Below, in pieces: positions 41,080-50,988 of a DNA stretch of 64,000 nucleotides (its first letter is position 1; every line of letters begins with the position of its first letter). Source of the stretch: a bacterium (GTDB taxonomy: Bacteria > Pseudomonadota > Gammaproteobacteria > GCA-002705445 > GCA-002716945); the NCBI GenBank assembly GCA_029979505.1, contig JAPOHH010000002.1, forward strand, positions 118 to 64,117. The letters run 5' to 3'. The notes beneath the pieces were generated by a model. It worked only from the letters and a program-made list of their open reading frames with translations. It was not told the origin of the DNA and did not search any database. The translations under genes were made by a program, and so were the position numbers.

Positions 41080-41460
41080 TTATAATTTCATTATACCAGC
41101 AATCCCACCTTCAATAGCTTTATCAGCAAGATCATTAAGAGAATTAGTTGGATAATTAAACACATTTAAAAGCATAGATAGATTTAACCCAGCAACTACT
41201 CTTATATTTTTATGATTAATAGATTTTGCAATATTTGATGGAGTGGTGCCAATTATATCAGTTAATATTAAAACACCATTGCCTTTATCTAGAAATTTAA
41301 CATATTTCTGTCCCAATTCTTTAACATCATTTGGATGATCATAATTATCAACTGATAGTATCTCAACACGAAAAGGGTTTTTGCCGAAAACTGATGTGGC
41401 AGTTAGCAACATTTGTTTGCCTATGTCGCTATGAGTAATCATTAATATACCTACATTCAT
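41080..41460 (-). CDS. PTS IIA component, mannose/fructose family
   Basis: ITHSDIG, LTDIIGTTPSN, GLNLSML. Confidence 0.88.
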   Translation of the reverse strand: MNVGILMITHSDIGKQMLLTATSVFGKNPFRVEILSVDNYDHPNDVKELGQKYVKFLDKGNGVLILTDIIGTTPSNIAKSINHKNIRVVAGLNLSMLLNVFNYPTNSLNDLADKAIEGGIAGIMKL

Positions 41461-41461
41461 A

Positions 41462-41920
41462 CTATATATAATTTAAATTTTCAGATTCAAGGCAAGTTAT
41501 AATTTGTTCAGTATTTCTGGAGCTTCTTATTTTTTTTCTATTTGATATGTCATCAAGGATTTGACTAAGTGATGATAGAAGAACTAGATGATCATCAGTT
41601 TGTTCATAAGGAACTATTAAACACAAAACAATATCAACATCAAAATCATCAATATTATCGAAGTCAATAGCATCCTCTAGGACTATCACAGATATATATG
41701 GCACATTAATTCCATGTAACCTAGCGTGTGGCAGTGCCACACCGTTTCCTACAGATGTTGACCCTAATCTTTCTCTTTCATAAAGCTGATTGAAAATTTC
41801 ATCTGCATCAATACCTGTTGTCTCACTCAAAATTGATGCCAACTTTTCTAAAACGCTTTTTTTACTTTTACTGTTATCGTTTATAGATATATGTGAATTA
41901 TCGAGCTTTATATTTAACAT
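41462..41920 (-). CDS. ptsN: PTS IIA-Ntr regulatory protein
   Basis: RERLGST, GVALPHAR; follows rpoN. Confidence 0.9.
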   Translation of the reverse strand: MLNIKLDNSHISINDNSKSKKSVLEKLASILSETTGIDADEIFNQLYERERLGSTSVGNGVALPHARLHGINVPYISVIVLEDAIDFDNIDDFDVDIVLCLIVPYEQTDDHLVLLSSLSQILDDISNRKKIRSSRNTEQIITCLESENLNYI

Positions 41921-43255
41921 TTAGTCCTTTATTTTTCTATTTGTTGAGCTTTCAATTTTTAATCTTTCTCTATATTTAGTGACTGTCCTTCTCGCAACAG
42001 ATATTCCCTTATCATTAAAATACTTTGTAATTTCATTATCACTTGACGGTTTCTTTTTGTTTTCTTTTTTTATAAGTTCATCAATCATTTTCATTATCAC
42101 CTTGGATGATATCATTTTTCCTGTATCAGTAGCTAATTCCGAAGAAAAGAAATATTTAAGTTCAAATGTACCTCTAGGTGTTTGAACATATTTTTCATTA
42201 GTTGCTCTTGATACTGTTGATTCATGTATATTTAGCTGCTCTGCTATTTCTTTCAATGTCAAGGGTATCAATCCTATTTCTCCATGGTCCAAAAAATTAG
42301 ATTGTTTTTTGAAAATTTCTTTACATACATTCAATATAGTTGAGTTTCTATTTTTTATAGAGTTAATAATAAAATTAGCTAGATTATGATTTTTTTCTAA
42401 GTATTCTTTATCAGTTTTAATTTTACTATCTTGCATTAAAGAAATATATTCTTTATTTAATATAAGTTTTGGAGTATTTTTTGTAGATTCAATAATCCAT
42501 TTGTCCTTTCTCTTAAAAATAATTACATCTGGGTGAATTTGATAAAAATCTAATTTTTTGCTTATTTTTAATCCAGGTTTAGGATTAAGTTGTCTTATTA
42601 AATCTATAGCTTGCGTTTGATACAATTTGTCACCTTTAAATTTTAAAAATAAATCGTTGAACTTAGAGTTCTCGTTAACTTCCATTTTACTTAGTTCAGA
42701 AATTATATCTTTTGCACTTTTATAGTAATCAGATTCTTTGTGAATAGTATCTAACTGAATTGAGAGTGAATCACATAAATCAATTGCACACGTACCAACA
42801 GGGTCTAGTCTCTGCAATGTATGTAAGACATAAAAAATATCTTGAAATACAACCTCTGTTAATCTGTTGGCCTGTATAAAAACTTCTTTTAAATCTTCTG
42901 TCAAATAACCATTATCATTTACACAATCAATAATTATAATTGCTATTGTTTTTTCACTCTCTGAAAAACTCAAAGTCTCCAGCTGCTTAATCAAATGTGA
43001 TCTTAAATTGTCAGAATCATGATGGTAGTTTAATACATCTTCAATATCTGAACTACTTTGAAGATTGGATGTTCCAATATTATAATCTATTTGATATTCC
43101 TCTTCTTTTTCAAGAAAAGGATTCTCTAGAATAATATCATCAATTTCTTTGTGCAAATCTATTGAATTCATCTGCAATATGTTTATTGCCTGCCTAGTTT
43201 GAGGAGATAATATCTTTTTAAGGCTTTGCTTAGTTGACTGTTTAAGCTTGTTCAC
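41921..43255 (-). CDS. rpoN: RNA polymerase sigma-54
   Basis: ENPFLE, HESTVSRA, ARRTVTKYRE RpoN box. Confidence 0.95.
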   Translation of the reverse strand: MNKLKQSTKQSLKKILSPQTRQAINILQMNSIDLHKEIDDIILENPFLEKEEEYQIDYNIGTSNLQSSSDIEDVLNYHHDSDNLRSHLIKQLETLSFSESEKTIAIIIIDCVNDNGYLTEDLKEVFIQANRLTEVVFQDIFYVLHTLQRLDPVGTCAIDLCDSLSIQLDTIHKESDYYKSAKDIISELSKMEVNENSKFNDLFLKFKGDKLYQTQAIDLIRQLNPKPGLKISKKLDFYQIHPDVIIFKRKDKWIIESTKNTPKLILNKEYISLMQDSKIKTDKEYLEKNHNLANFIINSIKNRNSTILNVCKEIFKKQSNFLDHGEIGLIPLTLKEIAEQLNIHESTVSRATNEKYVQTPRGTFELKYFFSSELATDTGKMISSKVIMKMIDELIKKENKKKPSSDNEITKYFNDKGISVARRTVTKYRERLKIESSTNRKIKD

Positions 43256-43977
43256 AATTTAAAAGTTTCACCTAGATATACTTTTTTAACATTTTCATTT
43301 TTCAATAAATCTTTTGTTTGCCCAGATGCAAGTACTTTCCCAGAATTGATTACATATGATTTATCACATATTTTCAAAGTTTCTCTAACATTATGATCAG
43401 TTATTAAAATACCAATATCTTCGTTAGAAAGATTTCTTATTATCTCTTGGATATCAATTACTGATAAAGGATCTATCCCAGCAAACGGCTCATCTAATAA
43501 CAAAAACTTTGGCTTTAAAGCAAGCGCTCTTGCTATTTCTACTCTTCTTCTTTCCCCTCCAGACAACTGCACACCTTTTGTATATAAAAATGATTCTAAA
43601 TTAAACTTAGATATTAAATCATCCAAAATCGTTATTTTTTCTTTTTTACTGAGGTGTGTACCCGTATCTAATATAGAATTAATATTATCAATGGCAGTCA
43701 TATCTCGAAATATGGAAGGCTCCTGAGGAAGATAGCTTATACCATGCTCAAATCTCTTATGAATTGGAGATGATGTAATGTCAACGTTATCTATAAGTAT
43801 TTTTCCTGAATCTGTTTTTATTAAACCTACAGCCATGTAGAATGTAGTAGTTTTTCCAGCTCCATTTGGCCCCAATAAGCCTATTATTTCTCCAGATGAT
43901 ACATGAATTGTAATATCATCTACAACTTTTTGGGTATTATAAAACTTTTCTAAATTATTACATTGAAGTGTAGACAT
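43252..43977 (-). CDS. lptB: LPS export ABC ATPase
   Basis: GPNGAGKTTTFYM, YLPQEPSIF, DEPFAGIDP, TDHNVRETL. Confidence 0.96.
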   Translation of the reverse strand: MSTLQCNNLEKFYNTQKVVDDITIHVSSGEIIGLLGPNGAGKTTTFYMAVGLIKTDSGKILIDNVDITSSPIHKRFEHGISYLPQEPSIFRDMTAIDNINSILDTGTHLSKKEKITILDDLISKFNLESFLYTKGVQLSGGERRRVEIARALALKPKFLLLDEPFAGIDPLSVIDIQEIIRNLSNEDIGILITDHNVRETLKICDKSYVINSGKVLASGQTKDLLKNENVKKVYLGETFKL

Positions 43978-43978
43978 A

Positions 43979-44644
43979 TCATTTTATATTAAATGTTGTA
44001 GTAACCTTTTTTTTAATTTTTTCCTTGATGACATCACCTGAAGAATTATCAACAATCCATTCATTAGTGTTGGTATTATAAATCATTTTATTACCTTGTA
44101 TAATTCTTATTCCTTCCTCATCTTTTACTTCTCTTTTAGCGTTTTCTAAGAGTACTATCAAGCCAGCGTCAAGATCAGCTGACATTCCTATTCCAGTAGT
44201 CTTTGATTTTTCTGTAATTATAGTAACGTCTTTATCAGTTTCTATAAGATTACGAGAGATATAGAAAATTGCATATGATGTATACATTTTTATAGATTGA
44301 TTCTGAGATTTTGAGGTTCTCTTTATATATACGTTATTTTTTAAATAAATTTCATCCATATCTCCTGTTGGATCTATTGCAGTATTAGATTTAATAGTTG
44401 TCAGTGACGAATCTTTATATAACTTTAGCTCAGGCCGCTTAACAAATGTTTTATTGTTATCATATGTTTCCATGAGTTCGCCATCTAATGTCCATTGAAT
44501 TTGCATGTTTTTATCATTTTTGACTGTTGAAAAATTATGAAGTTGATTTTTTGATGTCTCAGGATTATTTACATTATTGCTCTCTGAAGAAGCTGAAAAA
44601 GCAATACAAGCAATTATTAGTATATATTTGTGTATATCAAACAT
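43979..44644 (-). CDS. lptC: LptC-like LPS export protein with LptA-like C-terminus
   Basis: Only ORF between kdsC and lptB; IETDKDVTI...TTGIGM (LptC-like) then IQGNKMIY...KKVTTTF (LptA-like). Confidence 0.7.
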   Translation of the reverse strand: MFDIHKYILIIACIAFSASSESNNVNNPETSKNQLHNFSTVKNDKNMQIQWTLDGELMETYDNNKTFVKRPELKLYKDSSLTTIKSNTAIDPTGDMDEIYLKNNVYIKRTSKSQNQSIKMYTSYAIFYISRNLIETDKDVTIITEKSKTTGIGMSADLDAGLIVLLENAKREVKDEEGIRIIQGNKMIYNTNTNEWIVDNSSGDVIKEKIKKKVTTTFNIK

Positions 44645-45176
44645 TAATTTTAGATAAGTATATCAAATCGCATACGTCTCTAATAGCACCATTGCCTCCA
44701 TGTCTAGGTGTCGTCCAATCAAAATTTAATTTATTCATAATAGGATTTGAATTAGGAACGATTATTGATAAGCCTACATATTTGAGAAGTTCAATATCAA
44801 CGGTATCATCTCCAACATAACAAATCTCTTCAGGATTTATCTGAATATCCTGTTCATGAAATGATTTTAATTTATCTCTACTGCCTTGTAATATTTTATC
44901 AATACCTAACTCATTACCTCTCTTTGTAACACTCGCTGATTTGCGCCCAGAGATAATCATTGTTTTGATACCAATTGATTGAATTATTTTTATACCATGT
45001 CCATCTTGTGCATGAAATCTTTTACTTTCTTTTCCTTCATGATCATAATAAAGTCCACCATCTGTTAAGACTCCATCCACATCAAATGCAAGTAATTGAA
45101 TTTTTTTTGCTTTATTTATTAGATTTTTAGGATAAATATCCTTCGTTAACTTTATATTTGTTAAATCATCAATCAT
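44637..45176 (-). CDS. kdsC: KDO 8-phosphate phosphatase
   Basis: FDVDGVLTDG, YVGDD, GGNGAIRDVCD. Confidence 0.94.
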   Translation of the reverse strand: MIDDLTNIKLTKDIYPKNLINKAKKIQLLAFDVDGVLTDGGLYYDHEGKESKRFHAQDGHGIKIIQSIGIKTMIISGRKSASVTKRGNELGIDKILQGSRDKLKSFHEQDIQINPEEICYVGDDTVDIELLKYVGLSIIVPNSNPIMNKLNFDWTTPRHGGNGAIRDVCDLIYLSKINV

Positions 45177-45177
45177 T

Positions 45178-46140
45178 CTATCTCAAAGATTTAATTATAT
45201 CTTGCATAGTTATAATGCCAACTATGTTTGATTTGTCCATTACAGGCAAAGCATTAATATTATTTTTTTCTAATATGGATAATGCCTCTGCAGCCAACAA
45301 GTCTCCAGAAATTTTAATCGGATTTTTTGTCATTAATTTACCCACTAAAATTTCATTACAATTTTTGTATTTAGTCATTATCCTTTTTATATCACCATCA
45401 GTTATGACTCCAGAAAGTTTATTTTTATCATTTATTATCAATACCATTCCTAAATTACGTTTGGCAGTTATCTTAAGAAGTTGAGTAAAAGTTGAATTAA
45501 TATTTACTATAGGAATATTCTTCTTAATCATTACATCAGAAACATTTATTAATAATCTTTTCCCTAATGTTCCCGAAGGGTGAGTTTTTGCAAAGTCTTG
45601 CATCGTGAAATTTTTCTTAGCGGAGACAGTTAAGGCGAGAGCATCAGATAAAGCTAAAGCGCACATAATACTAGAAGAGGGCGCTAAGTCGTTTGGGCAA
45701 GCCTCACGAGTCACAGATGCATCAAGGATTAAGTCTGAATATTTTGCTAGTTTTGAAGACATATTACCTGTAATAGAAATTATTCTACATTTTAAAATCT
45801 TAAGCGAAGGTAGAAGTTTGATAATTTCCTGAGTTTCTCCTGAGTTTGAGTATATTATAATGATATCTTTACTCTGGATGGCTCCCATATCTCCATGAAG
45901 CGCTTCTGTCGCGTGGATGAATACTGATGGCGTGCCAGTACTACTCAGTGTAGCTGCCATCTTCATAGCAATATATCCAGATTTACCAAGGCCTATGGTA
46001 ATTATTTTCCCTGAATATGAACTCATTAAATCACAAGCTCTATCAAAATTTGAATCAATCTTATTGAGAGTTCGTGTAAGAGAAGTTATTTCTTTTTTAA
46101 TAATTTCTTTGGCTAATTGTTTGTTTGTTTTATTTTTCAT
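45178..46140 (-). CDS. kdsD: Arabinose 5-phosphate isomerase
   Basis: GKSG, STGTP, HGDMG, EACP, HPSGTLG, CBS pair. Confidence 0.94.
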   Translation of the reverse strand: MKNKTNKQLAKEIIKKEITSLTRTLNKIDSNFDRACDLMSSYSGKIITIGLGKSGYIAMKMAATLSSTGTPSVFIHATEALHGDMGAIQSKDIIIIYSNSGETQEIIKLLPSLKILKCRIISITGNMSSKLAKYSDLILDASVTREACPNDLAPSSSIMCALALSDALALTVSAKKNFTMQDFAKTHPSGTLGKRLLINVSDVMIKKNIPIVNINSTFTQLLKITAKRNLGMVLIINDKNKLSGVITDGDIKRIMTKYKNCNEILVGKLMTKNPIKISGDLLAAEALSILEKNNINALPVMDKSNIVGIITMQDIIKSLR

Positions 46141-46142
46141 AA

Positions 46143-47069
46143 TTACTTAAATATATATTCAATATATAGCAAATATATTATTACTAATACGACGGAATAT
46201 ACAGTTTTTAAAATATTTTTCGATTTAATAATTAAGTAGAAGATAAAGGTACTAAAAGCTAATACTACAAAATCTCTCAATAGATTAGTGTTGTTTAAGA
46301 AAGCAGGATTTATAATACCAGCTGCCGTCATTGCGATAGCAATATTGAATATATTTGAACCTATAATATTACCAGCTATAAAATCGACTTTACCTTTTCT
46401 TGCAGACTGAATACTTGCAGCTAGCTCTGGTAGGCTTGTTCCTAACGCTGCAAGTGTAAGACCAATAACGTACGTTGTAATACCAAAAAATATAGCTATT
46501 TCAGTTGCGCCTTGAATAAAAAGATGTGATCCATATAGCAAGAGAGCAAGTGAAGTAACCAAATATAAAAATAAAATTGTACTCTTATGATATTTCTTAC
46601 TTCTAGTGTCATCTTCATCTTGAGGTTTAGATTTAAAAAAATAAATGCTTATCATGAATATTAATATTAATATTATCGAATCACCACTTGTAAAGGTTTT
46701 ATCAAAAAATATTAATATAAAAGTGATTCCCGATAACACAATCATACTTATAAATGGTTTTGTGGGTAATGAAAAATTATAAGTATCTAAATTCACAAAA
46801 AGCATAGAGATAGCAAATACTAGAGCTATATTAGATATATTAGATCCGAGAGCATTCCCTACCGCTAGTATCGTTTGATTTTGAATAGCAGATTCTATTG
46901 AGATAAATATCTCAGGGGCAGATGTTGCGATACCGATAAGGAAAAAGCTTGCAAAAAAATTTGAAATAGAAAGCGTGTTAGCAATCCGTTCTGTTGTCGT
47001 TACAAGTAAATCTGAACCTACAAGTAATAAAACCAGACCTAATAATAAGATAGATGTAGCTTCTATCAT
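46143..47069 (-). CDS. yrbG: Ca2+/Na+ antiporter (YrbG-like)
   Basis: ATSAPE / GNALGSNI and GTSLPEL / GNIIGSNIFN alpha repeats. Confidence 0.9.
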   Translation of the reverse strand: MIEATSILLLGLVLLLVGSDLLVTTTERIANTLSISNFFASFFLIGIATSAPEIFISIESAIQNQTILAVGNALGSNISNIALVFAISMLFVNLDTYNFSLPTKPFISMIVLSGITFILIFFDKTFTSGDSIILILIFMISIYFFKSKPQDEDDTRSKKYHKSTILFLYLVTSLALLLYGSHLFIQGATEIAIFFGITTYVIGLTLAALGTSLPELAASIQSARKGKVDFIAGNIIGSNIFNIAIAMTAAGIINPAFLNNTNLLRDFVVLAFSTFIFYLIIKSKNILKTVYSVVLVIIYLLYIEYIFK

Positions 47070-47107
47070 AATGTTAAAGTTTAAGATACGTTATGTTAAT
47101 TTTCGAA

Positions 47108-47869
47108 CTAATAATTAATTTCAAGAACATCAATTTCAAAGTCTTGAACATCTTTTCCATCAGAAATCATTTTCGCTCTTCGTTGCAAGTATGATTCTCT
47201 TAAAAATATGTATTTATCTTTTGCTGCTGTATCAAGAATTTTAGATGCTTCAAGTAAATTAGCTCTTGTATCTATGACATTTGTTGCCTGTATCAACTGT
47301 CTTTCTTCATGATGTAATTCTGTTTGTACCGGAGAAATACTTTTATCCATGGCTATGTCAGCATAAAGCCCTGGAGCATCTCTAAAGGAACTAGGCCCAA
47401 AAAAAGGCAACACTAAATAAGGACCTGCTGGTACACCGTAGAATCCAAGCGTTTGACCAAAATCTTCTTTGTGCCTCTCAATTCCTATGGTGCTTGCAAC
47501 ATCGAATAATCCGAATAAACCAATAGTGGAATTAATAATCAGTCTTCCAGAAGATGATAACGTCTTTTCTACATTCAACTGAAGAGCGCTATTTATAATA
47601 GTACTAATTTCACCAAGATTATTAAAAAAATTTGAAATACTATCTTCTACTGGGTCTGGTGTTACAGTTCGATAGCCTTTTGCTATAGGCTCTAATATAG
47701 AGTCGTCTACTATTTCATTAAAGTTAAATATAGCCCTATTCATTGGTTCTAATGGATCATCGTCTGATGAATAGGCATTATTTGTACCTGTAAATAATAA
47801 GAAAGCAAGTGCTAACAATGATAGAATTGTTAATGAATCAGCTATTTTTTTTGATTTAACCATTCCCAT
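47108..47869 (-). CDS. mlaA: VacJ/MlaA family protein
   Basis: DPLEPMNR, NSTIGLFGLFDVA, EDFGQTLG, YLVLPFFGPS; start moved to 47869 (or 47863). Confidence 0.9.
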   Translation of the reverse strand: MGMVKSKKIADSLTILSLLALAFLLFTGTNNAYSSDDDPLEPMNRAIFNFNEIVDDSILEPIAKGYRTVTPDPVEDSISNFFNNLGEISTIINSALQLNVEKTLSSSGRLIINSTIGLFGLFDVASTIGIERHKEDFGQTLGFYGVPAGPYLVLPFFGPSSFRDAPGLYADIAMDKSISPVQTELHHEERQLIQATNVIDTRANLLEASKILDTAAKDKYIFLRESYLQRRAKMISDGKDVQDFEIDVLEINY

Positions 47870-47888
47870 TTTTGAATTATATACTAAA

Positions 47889-48479
47889 ATGAGCTTCATG
47901 ATTAAAAAAATATCAATCTTCTTAGTGTTTTTAACATTTACTTTTTCTGCGTTTTCATCAGAGGGGCCAGATGATTTTTTAAAAAAATCTGTTGAAGAAA
48001 TATCCAACCTTGTATCAGAAAATAAACAAAGATTTGAAACAGACGAAAATTTTTTGAGACATAAAATGAATACAGTTGTTATGCCAAAACTTGATATTCC
48101 TTTGATGTCTAAAATTATATTAGGTAAGAAAATTTGGACCAGTATGTCAGAACAACAAAAGTCTGATTTTGTACTAGCATTTGAGTATAGAATGACTAGC
48201 ACGTACATGAAGTCAATAACTGCATTCGATGGTGAAAAGATAGAATTTCTTCCTTTCGAACCAGGTAAAAAACCAAATTTAGCTTTTGTTAAATCTAAAT
48301 ACATCATTGCTGCTGGCAATATAGATGTTGATTATAGGTTGATCAAGAATCCTGAAGGATGGAAAGTATACGATATAATATTTGAAGGTATAAGCTTAAT
48401 GAAAAATTATAGAGCTGATTTTAGGCAGCATGTCACAGAGAGCGGTATTGATTCGCTTATCCAAAGTTTGAATAAATAA
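47889..48479 (+). CDS. mlaC: MlaC/Ttg2D phospholipid-binding periplasmic protein
   Basis: Signal peptide, WKVYDIIFEGISLMKNYR; start could be 47898. Confidence 0.9.
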   Translation: MSFMIKKISIFLVFLTFTFSAFSSEGPDDFLKKSVEEISNLVSENKQRFETDENFLRHKMNTVVMPKLDIPLMSKIILGKKIWTSMSEQQKSDFVLAFEYRMTSTYMKSITAFDGEKIEFLPFEPGKKPNLAFVKSKYIIAAGNIDVDYRLIKNPEGWKVYDIIFEGISLMKNYRADFRQHVTESGIDSLIQSLNK

Positions 48480-48485
48480 CATCAA

Positions 48486-50936
48486 CTATACAGGCTTAAA
48501 TGTAATAAGAAGCCTCGGTAATAAAGTTAAAACTGCGATAAGTGCAACAAACATTGCTAGGCCTGTAAGTACACCAAAGATTATTGTTGGTATAAAATTA
48601 GACAATATTAATATAGAGAACCCAAAAATTACTGTAATACCGGTAAAGAAAATTGCATTACCAATCGTAGAGTGACAAATAAGTACTGTCTTGCTGTAGT
48701 CATTATATTTTTTTAGTTCTTCTTTAAACCTATAAATATAATGAATACTATTATCTACAGCTATTCCAACAGTTATCGCAGCCACTGTTATTGTCATCAT
48801 ATCTAATGGTAAATTCAATATCCCCATTATTCCAAGTACAAATAGTGCTGAAATCAAATTCGGGATGATTCCAATTATCATTAGGGGAATTGATTTAAAC
48901 AATACCAAGAACATTAATGCGATAATAAACATTACAAAACCTAGAGATTTTATTTGAGAATCAAAGAGACTTTGTAGCATGTTATTATACAATAGTAATA
49001 TACCCGTCAGTGTTATTTCTTCTGATTGTAAATATTGATCATTACTTAAATCATCCTTGATATCATTGATAAGTTTCAATCTTCTCAAATCTTTATTTGA
49101 ATCTAGAACTCTCATACTAATTCTAGCTTCATTTTCATCGATAGATAAATATGGAGTTACCGTGATGTCCTTTACTTCATCTGGCAACTTTTTATAGAGT
49201 AATGACATCTCAAGGCTATTTAATTCTTTATTATCATTTACAATTTCTGCAACACGTACTGATGATGCAAAAGATAAAACTTTTCCAATATATTTATTAT
49301 TATCAAGATAATCATGAACATATTTAATCTTATTAATTTTGTCCGTTGTAAACCAATTTGACTCCATGGAATCTTCTTCACCAAGTAAATCACTAAATTC
49401 ATCATCTTCATTTTCTGAATAAGTTTCTTTGAATTTAATAATAACCTCCATTGGAGTTGTCCCTCCAAGTTCATTATCAATCAGTTGCATGCCTTTATAT
49501 ATTTCTGTATCTGCTCTGAAATAGTTAATAAAACTATTTTCTACTTTAAGTTCATTTAGACCATATATTGTTATAACTGTAAGGACGGAAAAGGCCAAGT
49601 ATATAGATTTTTTTGAATTAATGGTTATCTTCGCAAGATAGTCAGTAAATAACAATTTTGTTTTATTAGAACTTATTACAGAATTATTTTTATTTGAATA
49701 TAGCATTATTAAACATGGTAGAAGTATAAATGAAGTTATGAATAAAGTAGTAAGCCCAAGTACCATCATATAACCAAAATCAATCACAGGTTTGATATCA
49801 CTCATGATTAATGATGCAAATGCTACGATTGTAGTTAGAGCGGTATATAGACAAGGCCAAACCATTTTTTGTGCAGTAACAAGCACTGATTGTTTTTTAT
49901 TATATTCTAACGCACTATAGATTTGTCTGTACCTAACTATGATATGGATATTCATTGATAAAGTGAGTATCAACATTAATGAAATAAAGTTTGATGATAT
50001 CACTGTAACTTTCCAATCTAGAAAACCTAGAAGACCAATCATCAATAATACTGAATATATACAATTCAACACTGGCGCTATTACCCAAATTGCTTTTCTA
50101 AAAATAATCATTAAGGTACTTATTATGAAAATTAATACTCCTATACCAAAATTTATTAAGTCATTTCTTATAAAAGTAATCATGTCATCGGTAATCATAG
50201 GTATTCCACCAAGCCTTATCTCGTATCTTTGGGTAGTATAATTTTTTTGAATTACTCGTATTTGTTCTATTAGATGACCAATTTGATTATTATGACTTTC
50301 ATATAGCTCGTCATATGTTCTTTTCGTTGTGAAATATTCTTTTTCATAGTCAGGGTTTATTTTATATTTATCAGATAAGTCATTTCTTTTTATTCTCATC
50401 TGTTCAAGATTCTTATTATCCTCTAGCAGTATTTGCATAGCAGTAGTCTTTGCATCATTACTAATCACTAAATCTTTATATATCGGACTTGTTAGTATTT
50501 CATTTCTTGCTTCCTCAAAATTAATATCATCACTAAATATGTTTGGAACATCATTGATAAGCTCTGTTAGTGGTTTTTTAGAACTTGTTACCAAAGGTAT
50601 ATTAACAATAGATGTGACAGATTTAACATTATCAAGCTCAGTAATTTTTTCTGTTAGCGTATTAATATAATCAAGAGTATCCCTTGAAAATATATCTTTA
50701 TCTTTATCTGTTACCGTTAATACTAAAAAGTCATTTGTTTTATATCGTGCAGTAACTTCTCTAAATAATTTTAAATCTTTATCATCCTCTAATATTAAAG
50801 TATCTGCAGAGGCATCTAGCTTAAAGTTACCTATATTGGAAAGTGCCATAATAAGTACAAATACTAAAAATGCTAAGATAAATGCAGAATATCTGAGTAT
50901 ATATTCTTCATAAATATGTGATATCTTCTTTTTCAT
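48486..50936 (-). CDS. MMPL/RND family transporter
   Basis: Two RND repeats, GGIPMI, LGGTTP, GIAVDNSIHY, SNFIPT. Confidence 0.88.
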   Translation of the reverse strand: MKKKISHIYEEYILRYSAFILAFLVFVLIMALSNIGNFKLDASADTLILEDDKDLKLFREVTARYKTNDFLVLTVTDKDKDIFSRDTLDYINTLTEKITELDNVKSVTSIVNIPLVTSSKKPLTELINDVPNIFSDDINFEEARNEILTSPIYKDLVISNDAKTTAMQILLEDNKNLEQMRIKRNDLSDKYKINPDYEKEYFTTKRTYDELYESHNNQIGHLIEQIRVIQKNYTTQRYEIRLGGIPMITDDMITFIRNDLINFGIGVLIFIISTLMIIFRKAIWVIAPVLNCIYSVLLMIGLLGFLDWKVTVISSNFISLMLILTLSMNIHIIVRYRQIYSALEYNKKQSVLVTAQKMVWPCLYTALTTIVAFASLIMSDIKPVIDFGYMMVLGLTTLFITSFILLPCLIMLYSNKNNSVISSNKTKLLFTDYLAKITINSKKSIYLAFSVLTVITIYGLNELKVENSFINYFRADTEIYKGMQLIDNELGGTTPMEVIIKFKETYSENEDDEFSDLLGEEDSMESNWFTTDKINKIKYVHDYLDNNKYIGKVLSFASSVRVAEIVNDNKELNSLEMSLLYKKLPDEVKDITVTPYLSIDENEARISMRVLDSNKDLRRLKLINDIKDDLSNDQYLQSEEITLTGILLLYNNMLQSLFDSQIKSLGFVMFIIALMFLVLFKSIPLMIIGIIPNLISALFVLGIMGILNLPLDMMTITVAAITVGIAVDNSIHYIYRFKEELKKYNDYSKTVLICHSTIGNAIFFTGITVIFGFSILILSNFIPTIIFGVLTGLAMFVALIAVLTLLPRLLITFKPV

Positions 50937-50988
50937 AGCTTTATTGAGTATAAACTTTTAGAATACCGAAACAAACTCAAAAATAGAT

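Noticed and set aside
47870..48319. N-terminal extension of the 403-aa ORF 47108..48319
   Set aside because: Antisense shadow of mlaC; MlaA signal and homology start near 47869
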